DNA of 64,000 nt from Poseidonia sp. (GCA_030827365.1 JAUREO010000003.1:972-64971); one strand, 5' to 3'; shown: positions 1-9,088, counted from the first letter of the stretch. Numbers and translations: made by a program. Notes: generated by a model from the sequence alone, not told the origin.

Positions 1-2442
1 TGAAGATTCTGCTGCGGCTTCAATCGATTCGATTTGAACCGCTGAAATTTCAAGATAGAGTCCTTCAAAGGTACTTGCATCATTGAGTACTGAGAAAATC
101 TTCTGCTGTTCTCCCTCGCTGATGGATTGTGTTGGCGAGGATAACAATAGTAACGAACGTTCTCCCGATGATGCTAGAACCAATGTTTCGACATCGTCAA
201 CTGAACCAAGAGCAAAGAATACATCTTCGATGTTGGTTAAATTTTCAAAACCAGGTATTGATACAATGGCTCCCGCAACGGTCAAATCCACGGGCGTGTT
301 ATTTCCATAAGCAAAAGGAACTGCACCGTGAATGGATAGTGATGAGATTCCTGTATTCATGACAAGGTCGGCGACAACACTATTGACACGTATCGAACCA
401 TTCATTTGTGTGTAGGTGGCATCACCATCAAACGCCAAAATAAGTTGAGGTAAGGCACCAACACCTTCGACATCAGATAACAAAGAAAGGCGGATTGATT
501 GCACCGTTTGTGTGGACGGATTCCATCGTAATAACCCGAAATCAGTTGTGCACCATGCTTCAAATTCACTCAACTGAATTCCCAACATGGCATCGCATTG
601 TTCATGATAAGATTCCAATTCGTTGTTGGTTGATGTGGAAATTTCTGGCTCTTCTAGCAATGGTTGAATCGTTAATTCGGGATAGATTTGTACTTGATGC
701 CAAGATGATTCGAGAAGCGTTTCATGAAACAGGTACAATGCACCATCGACATGGAGTGAGATGTCAAGCGTTTGACTTGACTCAAATGAGTCGAGCAGAA
801 GTTGTTGAACGATTTCGCCATCATCACGAAATTCATAGAGTGTGATCTCGTCCCCCTGCGTAGCGATTCCATAAAAAAAATCTTCATGCATCACAATGGA
901 TTCTGCTTCGCCTACGTTATCCAGTTCCATTGGCTCGATTTCATCTGGATATCGTTCATCGGCAAATACAAAGCCCGTTGAGGTTGCAACAATTCCAATA
1001 CCATCTTGACTCAATGCAAACCCATGGACGATACCATTGTTTGGGTGTTTCCACACCCATGGATCACCACTTGAAAACGATTCAAATCCAAATCCTGCAT
1101 ACGACCAATGCCAAAGTGCAGTTTCGGTGGCGTGCAATCCCATTATGGTAGAATCACTGAGGGAGAGGAGTTCTTCGCTTTGGTGTTCAACAGAGACGAT
1201 AGGGGCAAGAATTGCTTCTAACATGGTGATGTCAGTAAGGTTGTTTGAGAGTTCATGTCGTAATCGTTCAACCGTTGTTGCATTGATTCTTCCGAAATCC
1301 GAGTTTGAAGAAATCGTCAGGCCACCGCTCTGTTCATCTTTATTGACCAAGAGCCCAGCATCAGCATAGTGCACGCTTGTGCTGAATTTCAAGTTCATTT
1401 CTTCGGCAAAATTTTCGATGTCCTCAGATGGTGTTGATGGTAAAAAGGCGTACTCGGCTCTGGTCACTTTACCCTCCAAGTTCAACCATTGTTGGGCAGT
1501 TGGTAGGTCAACAAACAACGAAGGTTGCATCGTACCACCTCGTTGAGCGAATCCTTGCATTTGTGCTACTTCGTAGATGATAACTTCCCGATACATACGT
1601 TCTCGGCCCGAACCATCGAGTGAATCTCGGTAAAGTGTGAGCGTGACGCTGTCCCCTTTTTTGGCTTCAAGTTCATCAGCAAACGCTTGATTGACAACAA
1701 CAAATGGTTCATTTTCATTGAACTGATTGAGAATCTCGATGGTTGCAAAGCGAACTCCTTCGGATTCGCTTCCAATTTTTGGCCACACACCTTCATCTTC
1801 CAAACTTGCATTGTTGGCGAGTACGGTCACGCTTGAGGCACCTAAACCTGTTGGACCCAACACACCTGCTGTGGTCGACACACCGTGCATATGACCTTGA
1901 AGCATGGATGCATAGGTGTCATCATTCATTGCCTGCAACCAAAAACGCTCGGCTAATTCCTCTGAAAAAGCGACATTGATTCCTGTGTTGGGGTTGAGTC
2001 CACTGATGAGGATATCTGTTTCAGTCCAAGTAGCCTCAACTTCATGTGTGATTGTAGCGTCGAGGGAATCACCAATAATAAACGAAGAGGAGAGTATTGC
2101 AGATGAAATAATGAAGCCTGCAATGAGCAAGATCGCTTGTCGCTTTCGCCTTCGAATATTTTCGATAGCAATCCTCCACACCAGTTTCCGCTGAGGTATG
2201 AGCATGGCTTGAAATCCTGCTAAACTGATGATGCCAAGCAAAATACCTGAGAAAAGCAACGAAGAGGTGGACAGAGGCAAAAATGAGAGAAAAAGCATGC
2301 TGAGAACTGCATCAGTTGTAGCTCCCATGACGATGAGCAACTTCTTTGAACGGGATATTGTACCTGATTTCCCAAAAACATCGACAGCAACAATACTACA
2401 CACAAAGACAATGAGTGCAGCGATGGCTGTCGGTAGGAGCAC
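1..2442 (-). CDS. ABC transporter permease, FtsX/MacB type, with very large extracytoplasmic domain (partial; 3' end lies beyond the window)
   Basis: Absent from the ORF track because it has no stop in the window. In the reverse-strand frame whose codons occupy + coordinates 1-3, 4-6 and so on, I checked every triplet from 1 to 2535 and found no tta, cta or tca. GTG at 2442-2440 lies 7 nt after GGAGG (rc of 2450-2454) and overlaps the upstream ATPase stop by 1 nt (TAGTG). The translation contains RKLVWRIAIENIRRRKRQAILLIAGFIISSAILSSSFIIGDSL, an FtsX-family N-terminal helix motif, followed by more than 650 mostly hydrophilic residues. Alternative starts are ATG 2517, 2328 and 2205. Confidence 0.75.
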   Translation of the reverse strand, partial: MLLPTAIAALIVFVCSIVAVDVFGKSGTISRSKKLLIVMGATTDAVLSMLFLSFLPLSTSSLLFSGILLGIISLAGFQAMLIPQRKLVWRIAIENIRRRKRQAILLIAGFIISSAILSSSFIIGDSLDATITHEVEATWTETDILISGLNPNTGINVAFSEELAERFWLQAMNDDTYASMLQGHMHGVSTTAGVLGPTGLGASSVTVLANNASLEDEGVWPKIGSESEGVRFATIEILNQFNENEPFVVVNQAFADELEAKKGDSVTLTLYRDSLDGSGRERMYREVIIYEVAQMQGFAQRGGTMQPSLFVDLPTAQQWLNLEGKVTRAEYAFLPSTPSEDIENFAEEMNLKFSTSVHYADAGLLVNKDEQSGGLTISSNSDFGRINATTVERLRHELSNNLTDITMLEAILAPIVSVEHQSEELLSLSDSTIMGLHATETALWHWSYAGFGFESFSSGDPWVWKHPNNGIVHGFALSQDGIGIVATSTGFVFADERYPDEIEPMELDNVGEAESIVMHEDFFYGIATQGDEITLYEFRDDGEIVQQLLLDSFESSQTLDISLHVDGALYLFHETLLESSWHQVQIYPELTIQPLLEEPEISTSTNNELESYHEQCDAMLGIQLSEFEAWCTTDFGLLRWNPSTQTVQSIRLSLLSDVEGVGALPQLILAFDGDATYTQMNGSIRVNSVVADLVMNTGISSLSIHGAVPFAYGNNTPVDLTVAGAIVSIPGFENLTNIEDVFFALGSVDDVETLVLASSGERSLLLLSSPTQSISEGEQQKIFSVLNDASTFEGLYLEISAVQIESIEAAAESS

Positions 2443-3146
2443 TATTCTTCCTCCGAACCAATACCGTGTTGTTGGGTTATGATTTGACCATCCACCATTG
2501 AGATAGTTCTGCCGCATTGATCTGCGATGGATTGGTCATGGGTGACGATAAGGAATGTCATGCTATGTTCTTGGTTCATTCTTTTGAGCAAAGCTATGAT
2601 TTCTTTCGAAGTTGCAGAATCCAAATTTCCAGTAGGTTCATCGCACAATACAATGGCTGGTCGATGGACGATTGCCCTTGCAATCGCAACCCTTTGTTGT
2701 TGACCACCCGAAAGTTCGGTTGGCCGGTGGCTTAGCCTATCAGAAAGCCCTACTGAATCGAGTGCTTCGATACTTCGACTCCTCGCCTCTTTTGGTTGCA
2801 CTCCGTTGAGAAGGAGAGGAAGTTCAACATTCTCAACTGCGGTGAGAACAGGTAGCAAATTGAAATTTTGATAAATGAATCCAAAGTGTTCAGCCCGCAT
2901 ATCAGTTCGTTGATTTTCAGTGCCTTTGTACAGCGATTTCTCGTGCACATACACATCACCTGCTGATGGGTCATCGATGCCAGACAGCACGTTGAGAAGG
3001 GTGGTTTTACCACAACCAGATGGACCCATGACGGCGATCATTTCGCCTGTATCAATCGTCAGTTGAATACCTCGAACAGCCTCAACCACGGTCTCATGGG
3101 TGTAATACACCTTCCACAATGAATCTGCCCTCAAAACTGCGCCCAT
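2442..3146 (-). CDS. ABC transporter ATP-binding protein (MacB/LolD-like)
   Basis: Walker A GPSGCGKTTLLNVLSG, signature LSGGQQQRVAIARA, Walker B IVLCDEPTGNLD. I moved the start from the track position (3308) to ATG 3146 (MGAVLRADSLWKVYY). This gives a normal ~234-aa length and removes the overlap with the divergent gene at 3196. Confidence 0.9.
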   Translation of the reverse strand: MGAVLRADSLWKVYYTHETVVEAVRGIQLTIDTGEMIAVMGPSGCGKTTLLNVLSGIDDPSAGDVYVHEKSLYKGTENQRTDMRAEHFGFIYQNFNLLPVLTAVENVELPLLLNGVQPKEARSRSIEALDSVGLSDRLSHRPTELSGGQQQRVAIARAIVHRPAIVLCDEPTGNLDSATSKEIIALLKRMNQEHSMTFLIVTHDQSIADQCGRTISMVDGQIITQQHGIGSEEE

Positions 3147-3195
3147 GACATGAGCACAAAGAATTGCGTTGATAAACTCCGTTATGTTGGTGTGA

Positions 3196-3453
3196 ATGAA
3201 GGCTATGGAAAACGACATCGTGACCTTCCAAGTGCTCTCGTTTGGACCGATCGTGGATACATTCGGAGCACGACAATCCGTGCACACGGTCGATGCAAAC
3301 ACCAGCATTCGTGATTTTATTTGTTCTATTGGCCTTGAGAAGTGGATAAGTTACGGGTTATCCGTTGCTAAAAATGGAGACCGATGTTCGATAGATGAGG
3401 TCATCAAAACCGGAGATGAAATTGCATTGTTACCACCCATGAGCGGTGGTTAG
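3196..3453 (+). CDS. MoaD/ThiS-family beta-grasp protein with C-terminal Gly-Gly (SAMP-like ubiquitin-fold sulfur carrier or modifier)
   Basis: 85 aa ending ...GDEIALLPPMSGG followed by the stop. Size and the terminal diglycine match MoaD/ThiS/SAMP proteins. The start could be 3196 or 3205. Confidence 0.7.
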   Translation: MKAMENDIVTFQVLSFGPIVDTFGARQSVHTVDANTSIRDFICSIGLEKWISYGLSVAKNGDRCSIDEVIKTGDEIALLPPMSGG

Positions 3454-3512
3454 CTTCTTTCCAAGCGAAAGCCTTGAACACTACAACCATCTCGGCTGAA
3501 GCAGGTTTAAGC

Positions 3513-3827
3513 ATGTTTGGCGGTATCGGGACACCTGAAGTTTTGATTCTCATCTTCTTAGCATTCATTTTGTTTGGTTCACAAAAACTACCAGAACTCG
3601 CTAATGCCCTTGGTAGGTCAAAAGGCGAGTTTCAGAAGGGCTTATCTGAAGCAACCAAAGCAAACACTGAACAACAAACGATCGCTGATTTAGAGGCTGG
3701 TGGCAAGACGCCTGACCAAGTACTTATAGACAGAGCAAAGGCGGTTGGAATTGACCATACTGGCATGACAGTCGCACAATTGCAAAAGAAAGTCGAAGCA
3801 CTCGAAGCCATGGAAGAGAGTGAATAG
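3513..3827 (+). CDS. tatA: Twin-arginine translocase subunit TatA/E
   Basis: MFGGIGTPEVLILIFLAFILFGSQKLPELANALGRSKGEFQKG is the canonical TatA TM helix plus amphipathic helix. The track start (TTG 3474) was replaced by ATG 3513. Confidence 0.85.
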   Translation: MFGGIGTPEVLILIFLAFILFGSQKLPELANALGRSKGEFQKGLSEATKANTEQQTIADLEAGGKTPDQVLIDRAKAVGIDHTGMTVAQLQKKVEALEAMEESE

Positions 3828-3828
3828 T

Positions 3829-4323
3829 TCAACTCTGTCGTTTCATTTTCATTTGTGAACCACAAATTTCACATTCAATCGTGTTGTTTTTTCTCGTTGT
3901 GTCAAAGTCTTGGGGAACTTTTGATGTTGCTCTGCAACCTTCACATTTCATATGCCATGACCATTGCTTTGTCGAAGTTTTCACGACAACAGACTCGAAT
4001 GTAATATCGAATGCTCTTGCAATGTTTTGCAATCTGTAATCGTCAGTATAAAGTGTAGCTCCTCGGGTTGAGAGAGCGAGAGACAGCACATCAAGGTCAA
4101 CAATTGATAGTCCTGCCAAATCCCCTGTTTGCATCGCACATCGTCTCGCTTCCGCCTTCATTTCCTTACTAGGGTCTATCCATTGTATGTCAAGGGTTTC
4201 AAGCAACATGAATTTTGAATCACTCAACTGAGCAATCTCTTGTTGTTGAGAAGAAGCACAACAACCACCGTTGATTTTTTCAGGTGGCCAATTCAACAAA
4301 GCCGAAGTATCAAGGACTCGCAT
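3829..4323 (-). CDS. nob1: Nob1-like endonuclease (PIN domain plus C-terminal zinc ribbon), 16S rRNA 3'-end maturation
   Basis: N-terminal MRVLDTSALL PIN signature. C-terminal CEGC...(17 residues)...CEIC zinc ribbon. Size (164 aa) and architecture match archaeal Nob1. Confidence 0.7.
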   Translation of the reverse strand: MRVLDTSALLNWPPEKINGGCCASSQQQEIAQLSDSKFMLLETLDIQWIDPSKEMKAEARRCAMQTGDLAGLSIVDLDVLSLALSTRGATLYTDDYRLQNIARAFDITFESVVVKTSTKQWSWHMKCEGCRATSKVPQDFDTTRKNNTIECEICGSQMKMKRQS

Positions 4324-4402
4324 TCAGCACTCTGTTGAAAAACCCCCTATTCAAGACACCGTTACCAACTACATTGATGAAGTCAAAACCACAGCCAACT
4401 GT

Positions 4403-5008
4403 ATGGGCTGGAAAGAATCCATCATCGAATGGTTCGACATCTTCGGTCCTGCCGCGCTTGCAATGCTCTCCTTTACTGAAGCGATTATCCAACCTGTACC
4501 ACCTGACCTCCTGTATCTTCCCATGTTGCTCAATGCAGGCAGCAACGCCCCCCTTGTCTTTTGGTTGTGGATGGTTGTCACGATCGCATCGGTCTCCGGA
4601 GCACTGGTTGGGTACTATGTAGGGCAGCGTCTTGGAGTTCAATTGATTGAATATTTTGGGTATGAACGACACCTCCATACTTTGCAATCGCTCACAGAAA
4701 AATACGGTGGGATTGGCATCTTTGTTGCCGCATTCTCACCCCTACCGTACAAGGTATTCGGCTGGGTTGCTGGCATGGCGGCCATGAACAAGAAAGCATT
4801 TGTTATCGCAGGTGTGCTCGGAAGAGGCCTCCGTTTCGGGGCTGAAGCGATCCTCATCTGGTTTTACGGGGATTCATTACTTGATGCAATTATGTGGTTC
4901 CTCGATAACGAATTATTGTTAGGCATCGTTCTCGTCATCGTTTGTGGGCTTGCAGGGTATTTCATGGTCAAAGCAAAATCAAAGCCATCCACTATGTCTG
5001 CTGAATAA
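4403..5008 (+). CDS. DedA/YqaA (VTT-domain) family membrane protein
   Basis: LSFTEAIIQPVPPDLLYLPML and FSPLPYKVFGWVAGMAAM motifs with several TM helices. The start was set to ATG 4403 to avoid overlapping the divergent nob1 start. Confidence 0.65.
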   Translation: MGWKESIIEWFDIFGPAALAMLSFTEAIIQPVPPDLLYLPMLLNAGSNAPLVFWLWMVVTIASVSGALVGYYVGQRLGVQLIEYFGYERHLHTLQSLTEKYGGIGIFVAAFSPLPYKVFGWVAGMAAMNKKAFVIAGVLGRGLRFGAEAILIWFYGDSLLDAIMWFLDNELLLGIVLVIVCGLAGYFMVKAKSKPSTMSAE

Positions 5009-5073
5009 ACTCCCGTTTGAAGTATCCTAACCCAAAGGAAGCATTATGAAGAGGAGGTTGTAGGCCAAGTCGC

Positions 5074-5148
5074 CGCTCGTGTGGTGTAGCCAGGTCCATC
5101 ATTGCGGGTTTTCATCCCGTCGACCCGGGTTCGAATCCCGGCACGAGC
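5074..5148 (+). tRNA. tRNA-Glu (anticodon UUC), no encoded CCA
   Basis: Hand-folded cloverleaf. Acceptor GCTCGTG/CACGAGC, D arm GTGT..TCAT, anticodon stem GCGGG/CCCGT with loop TTTTCAT (anticodon TTC), T arm CCGGG-TTCGAAT-CCCGG, discriminator A. Total 75 nt. Confidence 0.85.
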
Positions 5149-5180
5149 ACTATCAAAAAAATATGGCTCGCAGTATAGCG

Positions 5181-5196
5181 TTTTTTTGTTTCTTTT
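5181..5196 (+). terminator. Oligo-T tract (TTTTTTTGTTTCTTTT) downstream of tRNA-Glu
   Basis: A T7 run begins 33 nt after the tRNA 3' end. Archaeal RNA polymerase terminates at oligo-dT tracts. Confidence 0.4.
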
Positions 5197-5269
5197 CCAA
5201 AAAACCAACGAAAATGAAAGATGAAATCAACACATTATATTCATAAACGAGGGTTCTATTCAAAGACCG

Positions 5270-8200
5270 ATGAAATCCAAATTACTGGTCCTCATCTTGC
5301 TTGTAGCCTATCTTGCTCCGATGGCTGAACACAATGGAAACCTTGCATTTGGTGACGTGTCATCAACCATATCGAGTACACCTCCAAATTCTGATTACGT
5401 GGAGGCTATGAACTTCCAAATTTCAAACGGTGCAGTTGTCCTTGACCTTATCGAACACAACTCAAGTTTTGCTCTTCTCGTCTCTCATGTAGGAAATGGC
5501 CAAGTTGGTGCTCAATCATGGAGTGGGGTTTCTGCTACTCATTCTATCGTTCAAATTCATGAAAATGGAACGGTGTCGAACCCATATCATTTCACACCGC
5601 ATGCTCAACCCCAACTTTTCTCAACCATGCAAGGTCTTTTGGTTGTGAGCAACGATTCGGGTGTCATCAATTTATCACTGCACGATATCGGTAATGCTAA
5701 TGTCGTATCAATGGAAGTTGGTTCAACGTCTTATGGACCTTTCAACATCTTAGCAGTCGACGCCAAAGGCGACAACGTTGCTCTTGTTCTTCGATGTTAT
5801 GAACAAGATTCTGGCAGCACAACTCTCGATGGTGATGAATGTGCTACTTCGTCGGGAAGGTACAATCTTACGACCTACATGGTTGATCTTTCGACCCAAT
5901 CGGTGAGCCATAAAGCCTCAGTGGGTTGGTTGAACATGTCTTCAACATCCGTCCAATATGGTACAAAGACTGGAACCCTTTCGAATGTTCTATCGCCTTC
6001 ACCTGATTGTGACCAATTCATCTACCTTCATCCAAATGGCGCACTCGACGGACTTGCGACCACAGATTGTGCTACCTCTGGAGATTGGAATACTTTCCAG
6101 ACAGTTGATTCATCTGTCTCTCTTTTTGGTGATACTTCAGATTGGTCCCCTGATGATTTTAGTGATTGGGGCTTAGGGCTTACTGCCTCAACGCTCGACC
6201 AAAGCGGGACAGAATTCTATGATGGGTGGATTTTTGGAGCCAAGGAATGCTCATCTGACAATTTGATGAAACTCGCCCCTTACCACTTTGGCCACAGCAT
6301 GGTGTTCAAAGTCATAGGATGGACAACAGGTTCACAAGGATTGCAATGTTCGATTGACACACATGAAGAGAGTGATGCAGGTTCAACAAATGAATTGTTC
6401 AAACAAAAATGGCTCAATAAAGAAGCATTGGTGATTGGAGACCGACGATTAAACACATCTTCAACCGATGTACTTACCACCTCAAAAGACCTATTTGATA
6501 TTGCAGTGGCATCAACTCAAACCCTCGATTTTATTTCGATTTGTCACACTGGCTCACTCACCAATGGAGTAACCACAGTTGCATCTGGGTCGACCATTGA
6601 ACGAAATTCAATTCTGGCTTGGCGACCATCAGGCATCCTCAATGTCACTGTTCTCTCTGCCACCTCGGGTTGCGTTTCGCATCTTGCTGCAGGAAGCATC
6701 TCCTTGCTCGCTTTGCATAACGATGCTTCAATTCAGGAGTTGACGCTTCTCGCTGCGGACACCGACGGTGACACCTATGCGGACATCAACGATGATTTCC
6801 CTCTCGACGCAAACCAGTGGTCGGATGGTGACGGCGACGGCTATGGAGACAATCCAGGATTCTCAAGTTCAGATGATTGTCCTCTCGCCTTTGGAAATTC
6901 ATCCCAAGGCAAGCGCGGCTGTACCGACACCGACGGCGATACTTGGGCGGATATCGACGATAAATTCGTGTTGGACCCTACGCAGTGGGCTGACAGCGAC
7001 AACGACGGTTTTGGCGACAACACGAGCGGCAATTATGGTGATGACTGCCCCAGCCAAGCGGGTTCATCGACCCAAGACCGTCGCGGATGCCCCGACCAAG
7101 ATTTTGACGGATTTAGTGATGCAAATGATGACTATCCGGCAAATCCCGCACAATGGAAGGATAGCGATGGCGACGGCTATGGTGATAATTCTGCAGGTGC
7201 AGGTGGTGATGATTGTCCAGAAACCTACGGAACCAGCACCATCGAACTCCAAGGATGCCCTGACAGTGATAATGATAATTACGCTGACATCATTGATGCA
7301 TTACCATTTGACCCTACACAGCAGAAAGACCTCGATGGTGATGGATACGGTGATAATCCAAATGGTTCGAATCCCGACCAATTTCGATTTGACCCAACGC
7401 AACACAATGATTCGGATGGCGACGGATACGGCGATAATATTGGTGGAACACGAGGTGATTCTTGCCCCGACACCTATGGTAATTCGACCATCGACAGGTA
7501 TGGTTGCGTCGATTCCGATGGTGACGGCTATTCCGATGCTGGAGATGGATTTCCATTCGACCCATTACGTTACATCGATACCGATGGCGATCAAGTTGAG
7601 GATAGTTTTGATGCATTCCCCTATGACCCTACGCAATCATCCGATTCGGACGGTGATTCATACGGAGATAACCCCGCTGGAAATCGAGGCGATGCTTGCC
7701 CAACCGTATATGGAACCAGTACAGCAGACCGATTTGGCTGTATCGATTCAGACGGTGACGGATTTTCCGATGAAGGCGATGGATTTCCTGATGACCCTTT
7801 ACGATGGGTTGACAACGATAGAGATGGTGTTGAGGACAAATTTGACGCCTTCCCGTATGATCCTACCCAGACCGCAGATACAGACGGTGATTCCTATGGG
7901 GACAACAGGGCTGGAAATCGAGGCGATGCTTGTCCAAATGAATACGGTAATAGTACATCGGACCGTTATGGTTGCCCTGATACCGATGGTGATGGCGTGA
8001 GCGATGCTGGCGATGGATTTCCATTTGACCCAACCAGATACATCGACACAGACGGGGATGGTTACGAAGACAGTGAAGATGATTTCGCATTCGACCCAAC
8101 CCAGTGGCTTGACTCTGATGGCGATGGATTTGGCGACAACCGTTTTGGTTCAAATGGAGACAAGTTCCCGAGCGACCCAACCCAATGGTCGGACATCGAC

Positions 8201-9088
8201 AGCGATGGATATGGAGACAATCCGAATGGAACGAATGCCGATGCGTTCATTGCAGAACCAAGTCAATGGTCGGACATCGACATGGATGGCTGTGGCGATA
8301 ATCCGATTGGAAGATTTCCCGATAAGTTCCCAACCGACCCAACCCAATGCATAGACGAGGATGGAGACGGATACGGTGATAATTTGAGTGGCAACAACCC
8401 CGACCCATATCTGTTCGACCAAGATAACGATGGGTACAACGACAGCATCGATATTCTGCCTCTGCTCGCATCGCCTGGTGACCTCGATAACGATGGCGTC
8501 ATGGATGAAGATGATGACTTCCCAGCTGACCCAAGAGAATCAAGAGATTTCGACGGTGACGGCATTGGTGATGAAGCCGACCCAGATGACGATAACGATG
8601 GACATCTCGACCTTGCTGAAATCAACGCTGGAACAGACCCGTTCAATTCAAAATCAAAACCGATTGAAACCTTCGAAATCGTGTTACCCGGAACCTCTAT
8701 TGGGCTTGGAGCATGGGACCTCATCGGAATATTGCTTGGTGTACCTCTCACCATCTGGATTATGATTGGTCTCATTACTCGAGGGGGGAGGGCTCGGAAA
8801 TACGAAGGAAAATTGAGAATGGCAACCCGAAGAGAAGACCTTGAAGTCATCGCTCAATTGTACGAGCGTGCTGTCATGTTACGACTCCTCGGTCCACATC
8901 AAGCATTGAGACTGGAACGAATTCGTACTGAACTTGACGACGTGCTTGAAAATCAACTCCATCAGGATTTGTATGACTTGCCTCAACCCGAAACACACCA
9001 CGCCCACAATGAACAAGCCTATGTTGAGCAGGAAGAAGCATACAATACCGTCGAGGGATACGAGAGGAAAAAAGTACCAAAGATATGA
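5270..9088 (+). CDS. Giant surface protein (1272 aa): signal peptide, ~490-aa N-terminal domain, ~25 thrombospondin-type-3-like Ca-binding repeats, C-terminal TM anchor plus cytoplasmic tail
   Basis: N-terminus MKSKLLVLILLVAYLAPMA. I counted about 25 DxDxDGxxDxxD-type motifs (DTDGDTYADINDD, DSDGDGYGDN, DSDNDGFGDN and so on) between roughly 6760 and 8640. TM helix GAWDLIGILLGVPLTIWIMIGLI followed by RGGRARKYEG and a ~110-aa tail. Confidence 0.85.
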   Translation: MKSKLLVLILLVAYLAPMAEHNGNLAFGDVSSTISSTPPNSDYVEAMNFQISNGAVVLDLIEHNSSFALLVSHVGNGQVGAQSWSGVSATHSIVQIHENGTVSNPYHFTPHAQPQLFSTMQGLLVVSNDSGVINLSLHDIGNANVVSMEVGSTSYGPFNILAVDAKGDNVALVLRCYEQDSGSTTLDGDECATSSGRYNLTTYMVDLSTQSVSHKASVGWLNMSSTSVQYGTKTGTLSNVLSPSPDCDQFIYLHPNGALDGLATTDCATSGDWNTFQTVDSSVSLFGDTSDWSPDDFSDWGLGLTASTLDQSGTEFYDGWIFGAKECSSDNLMKLAPYHFGHSMVFKVIGWTTGSQGLQCSIDTHEESDAGSTNELFKQKWLNKEALVIGDRRLNTSSTDVLTTSKDLFDIAVASTQTLDFISICHTGSLTNGVTTVASGSTIERNSILAWRPSGILNVTVLSATSGCVSHLAAGSISLLALHNDASIQELTLLAADTDGDTYADINDDFPLDANQWSDGDGDGYGDNPGFSSSDDCPLAFGNSSQGKRGCTDTDGDTWADIDDKFVLDPTQWADSDNDGFGDNTSGNYGDDCPSQAGSSTQDRRGCPDQDFDGFSDANDDYPANPAQWKDSDGDGYGDNSAGAGGDDCPETYGTSTIELQGCPDSDNDNYADIIDALPFDPTQQKDLDGDGYGDNPNGSNPDQFRFDPTQHNDSDGDGYGDNIGGTRGDSCPDTYGNSTIDRYGCVDSDGDGYSDAGDGFPFDPLRYIDTDGDQVEDSFDAFPYDPTQSSDSDGDSYGDNPAGNRGDACPTVYGTSTADRFGCIDSDGDGFSDEGDGFPDDPLRWVDNDRDGVEDKFDAFPYDPTQTADTDGDSYGDNRAGNRGDACPNEYGNSTSDRYGCPDTDGDGVSDAGDGFPFDPTRYIDTDGDGYEDSEDDFAFDPTQWLDSDGDGFGDNRFGSNGDKFPSDPTQWSDIDSDGYGDNPNGTNADAFIAEPSQWSDIDMDGCGDNPIGRFPDKFPTDPTQCIDEDGDGYGDNLSGNNPDPYLFDQDNDGYNDSIDILPLLASPGDLDNDGVMDEDDDFPADPRESRDFDGDGIGDEADPDDDNDGHLDLAEINAGTDPFNSKSKPIETFEIVLPGTSIGLGAWDLIGILLGVPLTIWIMIGLITRGGRARKYEGKLRMATRREDLEVIAQLYERAVMLRLLGPHQALRLERIRTELDDVLENQLHQDLYDLPQPETHHAHNEQAYVEQEEAYNTVEGYERKKVPKI
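7382..8083 (+). repeat. Three tandem in-frame 234-nt (78-aa) super-repeats inside the TSP3-repeat gene
   Basis: Units start at 7382, 7616 and 7850, exactly 234 nt apart. Unit 1 is FRFDPTQHNDSDGDGYGDNIGGTRGDSCPDTYGNSTIDRYGCVDSDGDGYSDAGDGFPFDPLRYIDTDGDQVEDSFDA. Unit 2 starts FPYDPTQSSDSDGDSYGDNPAGNRGDACPTVYGTSTADRFGC and unit 3 starts FPYDPTQTADTDGDSYGDNRAGNRGDACPNEYGNSTSDRYGC. Confidence 0.85.

Noticed and set aside
5009-5269. The tRNA-Glu locus as a possible integration site for a genomic island carrying the TSP3 giant.
   Set aside because: There is no integrase or recombinase gene, and I found no direct repeat of the tRNA 3' end downstream. The flanking genes look like ordinary chromosomal genes.
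6768-8765. Three long + strand ORFs (410, 116 and 125 aa) in one alternative frame inside the TSP3-repeat gene. Together they keep that frame almost open for 2 kb.
   Set aside because: The products are Met/Thr/Ile-rich and of low complexity. The openness follows from the GAY-GGY-GAY codon composition: shifted by +1, these codons give ATG/GTG-type codons and no stops. The annotated frame has the signal peptide, the coherent Ca-binding repeats and the TM anchor.
7314-8850. Several antisense ORFs (100-195 aa) within the TSP3-repeat region.
   Set aside because: Same compositional artefact. The reverse complement of Asp/Gly codons (ATC/GTC/ACC/GCC) is stop-poor, and the translated products are Ser/Pro/His-rich repeats without gene-like features.
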